Source of the DNA: a virus
Lineage: Duplodnaviria > Caudoviricetes
Length of the DNA: 64,000 bases
Direction: 5' to 3' (one strand)
IMG/VR virus record: IMGVR_UViG_3300037515_000354
Location: 5,362 to 69,361 of that record
The notes below the pieces were generated by a model. That model searched no databases and was not told where the DNA came from. It saw only the letters and a list, made by a program, of their open reading frames with translations. Position numbers and translations under genes: made by a program. The first letter of the stretch is position 1. The number at the start of each line of letters is the position of its first letter. Shown here one piece after another: positions 1 to 9,129 of the stretch.

Positions 1-261
1 TCCTCTCGTGAGCGTTCCGACACCCTCTCCGAGCCACAAGAATCGTTGGTCCACACCACACGCATATACCCGTACTCGAATCTGGATCTTTGGAGATCAA
101 GAAGTGCGCCAAGGGCTTGTGGATCTTTCCATGGCACTTGCCCCCGAGCCCGAGGGTCCGGGCAGGGAGAATCCGGACCGTAGTCTCGCAACGATCACAC
201 CAGGCCGTACGACGCCGACCGTAGATCACAGACAGCTTGTGATACGTCTTAGGAGCCATGA

Positions 262-2080
262 TCATCCCTTCGCGGAGCATTCGCCCCAGCTTGATCCAAC
301 GGGCGAGAGATCCGCGAGGATAGGGACTCCACGCCAGACCCATTCGAAGCTGTCCTTGATGTTCTTCCCAATGATCTCCGCCTGGTCCGCTGGCACCGAA
401 AATATGAATTCATCGTGGGCGTGACCTCGAAGATATTTTACGTAGTCGGGGTGTTTGTCGACCAACATCAACAACGACTCGCAAGTTATGTCACGCGCCG
501 TGCCCTGGCCCATGAGGGCAGGGCCCACGGTGTAGGCCCACGACGGATCGCACCGCATCTTGCGGCCGAATCCGTTGTCCAACAGCTCCCCGTCGCTCGC
601 GCGCTCGCGCACCTCGTCACGCCACTCGCAGAGTCTGGGGAAGTTGTTGGCCATGCCGTTGACGAAGGTCCAGACGACGTCCGGTTTGGCACCCTCACGG
701 ATCATTCGCTTGGCGCCGAGCCCGTAGTTCCAGCCGTGGCCGCGTGCCTTCGCCTCATGGCGCGAGATGCCGAGCATGTCGGCAACCTCCTGGTGCGCGT
801 CACGCCCCGGCTCGAAGAGCTTCATGTAGTTTCGATCTTGGCTGTGCGCCGCCACGGCGCGCATGTCCACCTGGGACAGGTCGCAGGTGATCACCACATG
901 GCCAGGGTCCGCCACGAACACGTCACGCTCGATGTGCTTGCCGTCGCGCTTGCCGTGCACGGTGAAGCCGGACCCTACCGACCACCTGCCGGACGCCTGA
1001 CGCATGCTCACCGAAGGGTGGACACGCCCGTCCGGCGCGAGGTTGTTGGCGTCCGTCTGGTAGATGGTGCGGACCGTGGTGACGACAGTGACCAGTTCGC
1101 ACAGCCGGGCCACACCGCCGAGATGGTACTGGCCGTCGTAGTAGTCGGACATGAGCTGCATGGCATCCCGGCCGGTCGCGATGTCCTTGACGTCCACGCC
1201 GGTGACCGGGTGAGTGATCACGGTCTTGTCGACCTGGGGGAAATACTTGGCCCCCAGATCAGCGAAGGCTCTGATCAACGCATCCTTGCCGTCACGCGTC
1301 GCCAGAGGCGCTTTGTACGGAACGAAGTGCTCCGTCTTGTTGGGCTTCCGGCCCCGTTCCACGGTCCGGCCCAGAGGGATGTTGTAGCGCTCGTTCAGCT
1401 CCTTCAGCGCCGCAGCCTTACGTTCCTGCCCCTCCCTGATCCGCTGCCGGAGCAGCGGCTCGTCGATCCTGAAGCCGTTCAGAGTCATGTGTCCGGCCAG
1501 GGTGGCAAGACGGTGCTCACGGTCGATGTACGGCGTGCGGAACAGCAGTCCGGCCACCTCGCGCGCCGCGATCACGTCCTGTACGAGGTAGGCCCGGAAG
1601 TCCGGGTCCTCGATCGGGATCCGGTCGTAGCCACCGTGCTTGCGCTTCAGCGACCCCAGTCCTGTGTCCCCGGTGATCTTGCCCTCGACCCCGAGCCGCC
1701 TGGCCACGTGGTCGAGATCGTACTTGTCCTCCGAGCCGTGCTCGCGTGAGCGAGGTGGTGTGTGCTGCCGGGACGCCGGATCGGTGTCCCACGCCTTGGC
1801 CGCGAGAGCAGCGAAGTCGGCCCCGTGATGCCAGGCCAGTGCCAGCAGATCGAACGAGATGATGTTGTGGCCCTGAATCACGTCAGCCGCATCCAGGGCC
1901 GCGATCAGCTCGCCCATGTCCGTGGTCAGGATCACGGGACCATCGTTGACGGCGTACCCGGCGAGTCGGCAGAACGGGCCGTCCACCGGCCGGTAACCGT
2001 CCGGGATCTTCACCCGCATCGTGAAGAGGGCTTCGGCTGACGCAGTCTCGATGTCAAAACGTGAGCACCCGAGTGCTCAT
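262..2080 (-). CDS. polA: Family A DNA polymerase with 3'-5' exonuclease. True start is probably ATG 2080, needing a +1 frameshift at 2059-2056 (605 aa); ORF-track version 262..2019
   Basis: ExoII GHNIISFDL, ExoIII YLVQD, motif A DLSQVDMR, motif B AKARGHGWNYG, motif C HAHDEF. ExoI FDIET lies in frame upstream of ATG 2019 with no in-frame start. ATG 2080 overlaps the upstream stop (ATGA). Confidence 0.93.
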
Positions 2081-2568
2081 ACCAACCACCCCCAGTTACG
2101 GCCGCGCCGTATGTCGTTGACAGCCCCTCGGGATACTCCGTACCTCTCAGCGATCTTGGATTCCGTCAGAGCACCGAACAGCCCTCGGATCTCACGTACC
2201 TGATCTTCAGTCAGTTTGACCATGTTGTGGCCGGTGCCCCGGAGACTGGTCCCATGTTGGATCTTGTCCGCATGGTTCCCGGGATGTGTGTCCCACCGGA
2301 GGTTGCTCGCGTGGTTGTTGAACCGGTCACCATCGTTGTGAGCCACCTCGTGCGCAGAAGTAGGCGCCGGGCCATGGAAGGCCGTGCACACGATGACGTG
2401 CACACTGGTGGACAGGTAGCGGCCGTTCCGCTCGATGCCCACGTGGAGGTACCCGGACCCCGACAGACCCGGTTTCAACCATCCGGGATGCCACCTACCA
2501 GGGCCCTGAATCCGTCCGTCATCAGAGATCACGTAGCCCGGATACTCCGAGCAGATTCGCACCCTCAT
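2077..2568 (-). CDS. NUMOD4/HNH homing endonuclease with C-terminal HTH
   Basis: YPGYVISDDGRI (NUMOD4-like), VHVIVCTAFHGPAP...VAHNDGDRFNNHASNLRW (HNH); start set at ATG 2568 by ATGA overlap. Confidence 0.9.
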   Translation of the reverse strand: MRVRICSEYPGYVISDDGRIQGPGRWHPGWLKPGLSGSGYLHVGIERNGRYLSTSVHVIVCTAFHGPAPTSAHEVAHNDGDRFNNHASNLRWDTHPGNHADKIQHGTSLRGTGHNMVKLTEDQVREIRGLFGALTESKIAERYGVSRGAVNDIRRGRNWGWLV

Positions 2569-2780
2569 TTCATCACCGCCCGCATGGCCTTGGCGACCAT
2601 CCGCACCTCGTACCGGAGCACACGGAGCGCGGTCAGGGTCCCCGGCTCGTACACCTCCCCGTAGATGGTCACGCGCCGGTCGAGCCGGTCGGCCAGTTGC
2701 TCGAAGGCCGTAGCCGTGACATCCAGTGCCTCGCGCCGGGCCGTGGTCTGTGCAGCCAGCTTCCGCAGGTTGGTGATCAT
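2565..2780 (-). CDS. Hypothetical protein (71 aa)
   Basis: ORF fits the tight operon packing with ATGA overlap. Confidence 0.7.
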   Translation of the reverse strand: MITNLRKLAAQTTARREALDVTATAFEQLADRLDRRVTIYGEVYEPGTLTALRVLRYEVRMVAKAMRAVMK

Positions 2781-2783
2781 CTG

Positions 2784-3320
2784 TCACGCCTCCGGGTCGT
2801 AGCGCCGGACAGTGATCGTCTGCGGCTCATGCTCCTTGCTCAGACGGGACGTCAGTTCCGCGAACCGGCCGTTGTACTCCGAGCCGATCTTGACCACGGC
2901 CACTGAAGTGCCGTAGGGGTTGAACTGGTTGCCCTCGGTCCAGGCGAAGTCGCCCACGGCAAGGTCCCCTACGTCCTTGGCGACCTTGTACGCGTACGTC
3001 TTGCCAGTGCCGCCGGGGAACCTCACCTGAACGATCTGGCACCCGTCCTCAGCACGTTCCCGGAACGGGCCCTTCATACTGCTCATGATGATCTGACTCT
3101 CTTCCTTTGTGTCGTGGCACTCGCACAGACACGAATTGCCGTTGTCGTGACACCCTTCCGGCCCGAGCACGCGGTGAACCCGGTAGTGATCACCGTCCCT
3201 GCATGCCACCGAGCTGTACGGGAACATCGCCCGCACGGGGTCGGGGTCCCGGGCTTCTTGGATGATCAGAGCCCGATAGGCGCGACGACTGGCCGTCGAT
3301 CTGTTGAAAAGAGCAGCCAC
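2784..3320 (-). CDS. Hypothetical protein; internal RBS+ATG at 3086 may be a second start
   Basis: Open frame packed between neighbours; AAGGAAGAG precedes ATG 3086. Confidence 0.6.
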   Translation of the reverse strand: MAALFNRSTASRRAYRALIIQEARDPDPVRAMFPYSSVACRDGDHYRVHRVLGPEGCHDNGNSCLCECHDTKEESQIIMSSMKGPFRERAEDGCQIVQVRFPGGTGKTYAYKVAKDVGDLAVGDFAWTEGNQFNPYGTSVAVVKIGSEYNGRFAELTSRLSKEHEPQTITVRRYDPEA

Positions 3321-3322
3321 GG

Positions 3323-3511
3323 TCAGCCCTCCCGCTCCAGGAACTCCGTCAGCGAGTTTCTGATCTCTGCGAAGAAGTCCCCGTAGCCCTGCGCCAGGCT
3401 CGCATCCATGTTCACCACGGCGCGGGCTTCCGCCTCGGTCATGGAGATCGTGATGTGCGCCACACGTCCGCTGCCCGGAACGACAGTGACGGGGATCATG
3501 AGGTTGGCCAT
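3323..3511 (-). CDS. Hypothetical protein (MANLMIPVTV...)
   Basis: RBS-like GGAG before ATG 3511; operon packing. Confidence 0.6.
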   Translation of the reverse strand: MANLMIPVTVVPGSGRVAHITISMTEAEARAVVNMDASLAQGYGDFFAEIRNSLTEFLEREG

Positions 3512-3531
3512 GCGTCCAGCTCCGGTGCCGC

Positions 3532-3801
3532 TCACCTGCGCCCCCGGGTGGTCTTGATGTTGAACAGCCTCGGACCGTGCGCCGGGGGCAGGTCCGCCAG
3601 GCAGGCCCGGCCGTGCGCGCTCAGGCACCAGGTGTGGTCAGCGGAGAACAACAGCCACCCGGAGTCTTCCAGCCGGTCAAGGATCACGTACACGGCCGAG
3701 AGACCGAGATTGGTGTCCCCTGAGACCACGATCGCGGTGGCAGGGCCCTTGTCGAGCCGCTCGACGACCCGGCGCACTTTGCGCGTCACACGGACTGTCA
3801 C
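3532..3801 (-). CDS. Winged-helix DNA-binding protein (PadR-like)
   Basis: LGLSAVYVILDRLEDSGWL...WCLSAHGR resembles the recognition helix and wing. Confidence 0.65.
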   Translation of the reverse strand: MTVRVTRKVRRVVERLDKGPATAIVVSGDTNLGLSAVYVILDRLEDSGWLLFSADHTWCLSAHGRACLADLPPAHGPRLFNIKTTRGRR

Positions 3802-4043
3802 GCGTGACCCCCGGCGTCCTTGGTCTGCTTGGCGCCCTGGTCGCTCCGGTACGCCGACTCCCGGTTGTGGCCCAGCTCGATCTTCAGCCGGAGTGAGCGG
3901 ATGCCGCCCCGGAAAGAGACGCGGGCCCGGAGGTGGTCATCGCCCGTAGCTCCAGCCGCGCGGGCGTCACGGCAGAACTTCTCAAGATCTACCAGGGTCA
4001 TGTCCTCGTCGGACTCGAAGCTGAAGGGCCGGTGCACGGTCAC
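3798..4043 (-). CDS. Hypothetical protein
   Basis: GTGA overlaps at both ends. Confidence 0.6.
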   Translation of the reverse strand: MTVHRPFSFESDEDMTLVDLEKFCRDARAAGATGDDHLRARVSFRGGIRSLRLKIELGHNRESAYRSDQGAKQTKDAGGHA

Positions 4044-4243
4044 AGGTTCCCGCCCTCGGTGGAAGCGAAGTAGTCGGCGAGGGCCCACCGGATCACGGCC
4101 GACTGCGGCACGCTGTCCTTCCGGGCCGCCGCTACGAGCTTGCCGAACAGCTCCGGGGGCACCTGCGCGCCCACGTGCTTCCAGTCGGCCTGGAGGCCGG
4201 TGCCCTCACGCTCATCTTTGATCTTGCTGTTGTTTGCTGTCAT
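4040..4243 (-). CDS. Ribbon-helix-helix (CopG/Arc-like) DNA-binding protein
   Basis: HVGAQVPPELFGKLVAAARKDSVPQSAVIRWALADY fits the RHH pattern. Confidence 0.75.
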   Translation of the reverse strand: MTANNSKIKDEREGTGLQADWKHVGAQVPPELFGKLVAAARKDSVPQSAVIRWALADYFASTEGGNL

Positions 4244-4370
4244 GCCATGAATCCTAACATCCAAGGTGTGTGGCCAGCGTGAGTTCCACATCGCGAGCGA
4301 TGCGAGTGGATCAAGGGGCCGGGCCTGATGGGCCTGTACGGGGCACGGCCACTTGTAAAGATCCAAAGGG

Positions 4371-4585
4371 AGGGGCCCACTTTACGGTGTACAGGGGCTC
4401 TGACCTGCAAAAACAGTGGGCCCCTCGGTGTGTGTAAAAAACCGTGCCCCTTGCCAAGGGGCCCACAGGGGCCCACTTTTTCTGATCATGCCCCTGACCT
4501 GCGAAAAAGATGGGCCCCTCAGTAGGGGCCCACAGGGGCCCGGCCTAGTGGGCCCCTGGGCCCCTCTCTTAGGAGAGGGGCCCAC
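4371..4585. repeat. Iteron-like array of AGGGGCCCAC (7 perfect and about 3 variant copies, both orientations); candidate replication origin
   Basis: Perfect copies at 4371, 4416(rc), 4457, 4467, 4524, 4548(rc), 4576; two CTGACCTGC(A/G)AAAA motifs near 4400 and 4495; immediately downstream of the primase/helicase gene. Confidence 0.75.
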
Positions 4586-4620
4586 CCAGGGGCACGGCGG
4601 TAGGGAGGGGTGCAGAGACA

Positions 4621-6639
4621 TTACACAGAAGAGCTTTCTGTAGAGGAGATTTGATCTTGCTCCATGGCCGCTCGTTCCTGTCGAGCGACCAACGCAGTAC
4701 GCCAGTCGTCGGTCTTCCCCCGGATCTCTATGGAGCGGGCTTCGAGCCATGCGCGGGCACGGCGGAAGCTCAGTCCCAACGGGAGGTCTGCTTCGTTCAT
4801 CTCGCGCATGATCCGCTGAACGTTGGCACTTGGCCCCTGTGCCGTGCTCCGCGTTCCGCCACGGGGCCCCTGTGCGTCCCCAAGGGTGATGTAGGCCGCC
4901 GCACCCCGCTTCGGCTCGAACGGGTCCGGCCCCGGGATGGTCCCGAGCCGGAGCGCGTACCTCTGCCCGGCTTCCCCCTCCTTGGTCTTCCGCCGGATGA
5001 GGACCCGTGGGGCGTCGGGACTGCGGTCTTCGTTGTCCGGCCCGTCCAGCTTGATCACGTATGCATCGTCGGCGTCGTCCTCCTGACTCGACGAACCGCG
5101 CGCGTGGATACCCTCGTACCCGGTGTGCGCCAGCATGATCACCGTACAGCCGGTCTCGTCCTTGATCTTCTGGAGACCTTCCATCACGGTGCCCTGGTCC
5201 TTGGCCTGGTTCTCGTCGATACCCGGGGCGCACCGGTGCAGGGTGTCGAAAATGACGACCTTCGCCCCGGTCTTGCGCATCTGACGGATGATCTTCGCGA
5301 CCTCTTCCGGCTTGGTCGGGTTGAGCCCCTTGGGCGTTACGGTCAGGTCCTTGACGAGATCACCATCGTTGAACGCCTGTTCCCACGCCGCGATCCGGCT
5401 GAGGATGCCCCGGTGACCCTCTGCCGCGATGTACAGCACCGGCCCCGACTCGCACACCCGGTGACCCTCCCAGTCCTTGCCGGTGGCGATACAGCCTGCC
5501 CACGCCAGTGCCAGGAAAGTTTTGTACGTGCCGAACTTGCCGGACAGCCACACCACGGACGCCTTATTGATCATGTCTTCGATCAACGGCTCTACCGCCG
5601 GTAGGTTAACCAGCGCCTCACGTGTCAGGAACAGTTCGTCGGTGTCGTCCTCCGGCGCGTCCGGTGCGTCCCGCACCGCCGTGGACAGCAGATCGTTGAA
5701 CTCGTCCTCGCGCCCGTCCCCGGTGGCCGCGTACCAGTCCTCTTCCAGCCGGTTGAAAACCCCCTTGGCCGCCACCTTGCCCTCGACCGCCGCGCGTGCC
5801 GCCCACCCGAGCGCTTGCATCATGGTGTCGTGGCGTGATCCTTCTTTGCGGCTGAACTTGGTGCGGATCTTGTCCACGAGATCGGGATCGAACTCGTCGG
5901 TGAAGTCCTCCTCGAACTCCTCCACCGACCTGCCCGCGCCCGGGGTGTGGTCGCGCTGGTCCTTGCTCAGGTGTTCCAGCCACGACGCGGGCAGATACGG
6001 TATGTCGTCCAGGCCGGGCGGTCCGCAAGCTTTGCCGTCCGGGTCGTACCACTGGTACTTCGATCCGGTTTTGGGATGCACCGAGGGCGCGACCACGGCG
6101 TACCGCAAGTGATGCTGGACCGTGTCGATGTCCGGTCCGGCCGCGCCTTCCAGCTCACCCGCGTTCTTCGGGATCTTGAAAAAGTGGATCCGGCTCGGGG
6201 AGGTCTCGCCGCGCGCGGTGCTGGTCCAGGTGGGGGGGAGTGGCCCGAGCCGTGTTTCCAGACTGGCGAGGGTGTCCGCCCCGGCTTTCGTGTTGCCGTG
6301 CCCGTCGTCGTACCCGTGGTCCACGTCGATGCCCACGTAGCCGGTGGGCAAACGCCATGCAAGGTTGTATGCCGCGTACTTGGCGATGGTCTTGGGGTCC
6401 GCGTACTCGTCCGGCTGTGTTTGCCTGCCGTCCCGGCCGTGCGCTCCCTTGAACGCGGGCAGTTTGGTCGACCGCACAAGCGGGATGATGCCGGTGTAGT
6501 CCTTCTGGGCGTACCGGAGAGCCGCCGATCCGTACGGCTGCGATGTGGTTTTCGCGTGGCCGTTCAGTGTGGTGTGCGCTCCGGGTTCACCGGGTGCGGG
6601 GCCCATGAGGAAGTCGACCGCAGATGACGGAGTGGTCAT
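4621..6639 (-). CDS. Bifunctional primase-polymerase fused to an AAA_25/RepA-type helicase
   Basis: N-terminal GYVGIDVDHGY...STARG...IHFF prim-pol motifs; Walker A GKFGTYKT, Walker B VVIFDTLH. Confidence 0.9.
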   Translation of the reverse strand: MTTPSSAVDFLMGPAPGEPGAHTTLNGHAKTTSQPYGSAALRYAQKDYTGIIPLVRSTKLPAFKGAHGRDGRQTQPDEYADPKTIAKYAAYNLAWRLPTGYVGIDVDHGYDDGHGNTKAGADTLASLETRLGPLPPTWTSTARGETSPSRIHFFKIPKNAGELEGAAGPDIDTVQHHLRYAVVAPSVHPKTGSKYQWYDPDGKACGPPGLDDIPYLPASWLEHLSKDQRDHTPGAGRSVEEFEEDFTDEFDPDLVDKIRTKFSRKEGSRHDTMMQALGWAARAAVEGKVAAKGVFNRLEEDWYAATGDGREDEFNDLLSTAVRDAPDAPEDDTDELFLTREALVNLPAVEPLIEDMINKASVVWLSGKFGTYKTFLALAWAGCIATGKDWEGHRVCESGPVLYIAAEGHRGILSRIAAWEQAFNDGDLVKDLTVTPKGLNPTKPEEVAKIIRQMRKTGAKVVIFDTLHRCAPGIDENQAKDQGTVMEGLQKIKDETGCTVIMLAHTGYEGIHARGSSSQEDDADDAYVIKLDGPDNEDRSPDAPRVLIRRKTKEGEAGQRYALRLGTIPGPDPFEPKRGAAAYITLGDAQGPRGGTRSTAQGPSANVQRIMREMNEADLPLGLSFRRARAWLEARSIEIRGKTDDWRTALVARQERAAMEQDQISSTESSSV

Positions 6640-6780
6640 ACCCGGTACCCCGCCGCCGCCGTTGTCACGCGGACAGGTCCGCTCTTGATACTGTGGTACA
6701 TGGCAGCTCGCTCCTGCTCGTTGGCCCCCGGTGACCATGCGCCTGGTCCCGGGGGTCACTCATGTTCGGGGTGCCCCATC

Positions 6781-7410
6781 TTAGGGGCGGGGGGTCCCGC
6801 TCTCGCCATGCTCGAACCGCGCGGACCGAGCGGCCATCAGGGCGTCGTTGATCCGCTGTGCTTCAGCATTCGCAGCATCCAGGGTCGGCCCTGTCAGGCT
6901 CGGGGGTTCCCCTCCCGGTAGCCACAGGGACTGGACGGCGTCCCAATGATCCACGGGTATCCCGTGACACCTTTCGATGTCCGCTACGAGATCTCTGGAC
7001 GGACCAAGGGTGTGGGTCGGGTCGGTGCTCGGGGGGACGATCGCGTACTGCGGCATGGCTGTCAGCACGGGTATCCCGATCACCAGTTCTTGACGGATCT
7101 TCATGCCCGTAACTTTCCGGGGGACGTCGCCCGGGATCATCCGTACCTTGTTCCCGGTCTCCGACACGGCGTGTCCTAGTTCGATCAATAGCCGGAGTTC
7201 TCGTTTGGTCGGCTTCTGCCCTTTGATCTCTACCCACGCCCCCGCGTCCGGGAGGCGGAAATCAGGGAGGTACCGGCCGCTGGGAAGTTCGAATCCCTCC
7301 GGCTCGTACTCCCAGCCGATCTTCAGAGCGTCGAAGAACACCGCCCATCGAGCTTCGAGGCGGCTGCGGAACCGGCACCCCGCGTAACGGGTCTCAATGG
7401 CTTTGATCAT
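6781..7410 (-). CDS. PD-(D/E)XK nuclease-like phage protein
   Basis: FRSRLEARWAVFFD...WEYEPEGF...YLPDFRL...WVEIKG; AGGAGG RBS. Confidence 0.8.
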   Translation of the reverse strand: MIKAIETRYAGCRFRSRLEARWAVFFDALKIGWEYEPEGFELPSGRYLPDFRLPDAGAWVEIKGQKPTKRELRLLIELGHAVSETGNKVRMIPGDVPRKVTGMKIRQELVIGIPVLTAMPQYAIVPPSTDPTHTLGPSRDLVADIERCHGIPVDHWDAVQSLWLPGGEPPSLTGPTLDAANAEAQRINDALMAARSARFEHGESGTPRP

Positions 7411-7435
7411 GTTCTCCTCCTGTTGTTACCGCCCG

Positions 7436-7493
7436 GTAAGAGATCCAAAGCTCTGTGCGTCCCGCTGACGAGATCGTTTGTCTCCCGGACCCC
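7436..7493 (-). promoter_or_regulatory. Conserved phage leader/operator element, copy 1
   Basis: 27 nt (7436-7462) identical to 46181-46207; sits just upstream of the RBS of the replication operon. Confidence 0.6.
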
Positions 7494-7584
7494 CTTTCAC
7501 CAGGACTAAGATCAAAAGCATTTTGCCTGGTCAGGCGATGGTTGGAGCGAACCTCTCGATTCGGACACTTGATCTTGCTCACGC

Positions 7585-7803
7585 TCAGTAGTCCGCACGC
7601 TCGGGTACGAGCAGCGCGTCCAGCTCTTCGCGCTTGATCAGAGTCCGGCCGGTGCCGGTCCGGTACCGGGTGAGCCTGCCTTCCTTGAGCCACCGGTAGA
7701 TCGTCGGGATGGTCCGGCCGGAGAGCGTGGCCGCCTCGCGCACGGTGACGTACCCGGAGTCGTTCGAGTTCACGATGATGATCCTTTTCTGGTTCGGGGA
7801 CAT
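7585..7803 (-). CDS. Excisionase-like/MerR-type HTH DNA-binding protein
   Basis: YVTVREAATLSGRTIPTIYRWLKEGRL...GRTLIKREELDALL. Confidence 0.85.
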   Translation of the reverse strand: MSPNQKRIIIVNSNDSGYVTVREAATLSGRTIPTIYRWLKEGRLTRYRTGTGRTLIKREELDALLVPERADY

Positions 7804-7826
7804 GTAGATCACTTTACCATGACGTG

Positions 7827-7855
7827 TTGCAATCGCTATCGGCGGCATGTAGCTT
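7827..7855 (+). promoter_or_regulatory. Putative housekeeping-sigma promoter TTGCAA-N17-TAGCTT
   Basis: Canonical spacing in the divergent intergenic region, 42 nt upstream of ATG 7897. Confidence 0.6.
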
Positions 7856-7896
7856 GGGAAGCGAACGACCACGACCACCTAGAGGAAGATCACCAC

Positions 7897-9129
7897 ATGC
7901 CCCAGTTTCACGAACTGGCAGATATCGTCCCCCTGATGGAGGGCGAGGCTTTCGAGCGGCTCGTCGAGGACGTCCGGGCGCACGGCGTTCTGGACGCCAT
8001 CGTGCTGTACGAAGGCAAGATCCTTGACGGCCGCAACCGTTACCGCGCGCTGGACGAGGTCAACAAGGGCCGGACGCCCACCGAGCGCATGGCTCACCGG
8101 GAGATCAAGTTCGAGGAGCGCTACCCGGACACCGATCCGGCCGAATTCGTCTGGTCCAAGAACGTGGCCCGGCGTCAGCTCACCCCGGGTCAGGAAGCAC
8201 TGGCCGCCTCCAAGATGGCCACCGTCAAAGTCGGCAGCAACCAATACGCCCGTAAGTACCTCCCGGAAGGCTCTGCCGATCGGCAGAACCAGGCCAGTGC
8301 CGTTCACGAGGTGTCGAAGAGCACCGGCGTGCCGGTCCGGAACATCGGGAAGGCCCGTGCCGTACAGCAGAAGGCCATCCCCGAGGTCACGGAGAAGGTG
8401 GCGTCCGGCGCACTCGCGCTCGACGTCGCCGACCAGATCGCCAAGCTTCCCGAGGAGAAGCAGGCAGAGGTTGTCGAACTGGGGGACGTCCGCAAGATCC
8501 GCAACGCCATCCGTGAAGCCAAGGGAGAAGCGCCGGTGAACAACGGTGCCCCGGGCCGTGGCCGCGTCGGTCCCAAGATCCTCATGGCCCGTCACATGGA
8601 TCTTCCCGACCTTTCCATGGTCCAGAAGATCGGCGAGGACTGGGAAGAGAACGCTGAGCTGATCAAGGAGCTGGACCCCGAGCGGGTGACGGAGTTCCTG
8701 GCCATGCTCAAGAAGTCCCGCACCGCCACCACCCGGCTCATCAACCTGATCGAGCACGGTGACGTCCGGGGCACGCTGGCCAAGTCCAGCTCACTCAAGA
8801 CGTCGGGCGCCAAGGGCAACGCTGCCAGTACTACGGCCACGGCCGCCCGGAAGAAGGCCGCGCCGAAGGCGTCGGCAGCGAAGAAGGCGCCCGGCACGAT
8901 CACCGCGTCCGGCGCTCCCACGGTGCCGTCCGTCCGTAAAGCCGTAGCCAACAGCAAGGCACCGACCACCGCCTCCAAGACCGCCAAGGCCACGGCCGCC
9001 GCCAAGGCCGTACGCGCCGACAAGGCCGATGCCCTCCGCAAGATCGCCACCCCGGCACCCGCCGAGGCGGTCACTTCAGATGCGCCTGTCGTGAGCGCAG
9101 CGAACGAGAAGAGCGAGACCACCAAGTGA
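7897..9129 (+). CDS. ParB-like protein with HTH and Ala/Lys-rich low-complexity tail
   Basis: LVEDVRAHGVLDAIVLYEGKILDGRNRYRAL; RRQLTPGQ; C-terminal AARKKAAPKASAAKKA. Confidence 0.8.
   Translation: MPQFHELADIVPLMEGEAFERLVEDVRAHGVLDAIVLYEGKILDGRNRYRALDEVNKGRTPTERMAHREIKFEERYPDTDPAEFVWSKNVARRQLTPGQEALAASKMATVKVGSNQYARKYLPEGSADRQNQASAVHEVSKSTGVPVRNIGKARAVQQKAIPEVTEKVASGALALDVADQIAKLPEEKQAEVVELGDVRKIRNAIREAKGEAPVNNGAPGRGRVGPKILMARHMDLPDLSMVQKIGEDWEENAELIKELDPERVTEFLAMLKKSRTATTRLINLIEHGDVRGTLAKSSSLKTSGAKGNAASTTATAARKKAAPKASAAKKAPGTITASGAPTVPSVRKAVANSKAPTTASKTAKATAAAKAVRADKADALRKIATPAPAEAVTSDAPVVSAANEKSETTK

Noticed and set aside
415-1749. Long antisense or alternative-frame ORFs (also 7879..8757, 28934..30046, 41902..43731, 56006..57466)
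   Set aside because: Typical shadow ORFs of high-GC DNA opposite genes with clear motifs; no RBS or domain signal.
7585-7803. Excisionase implying an integrated prophage
   Set aside because: The HTH family alone is not diagnostic; no integrase or att site is visible in this window.
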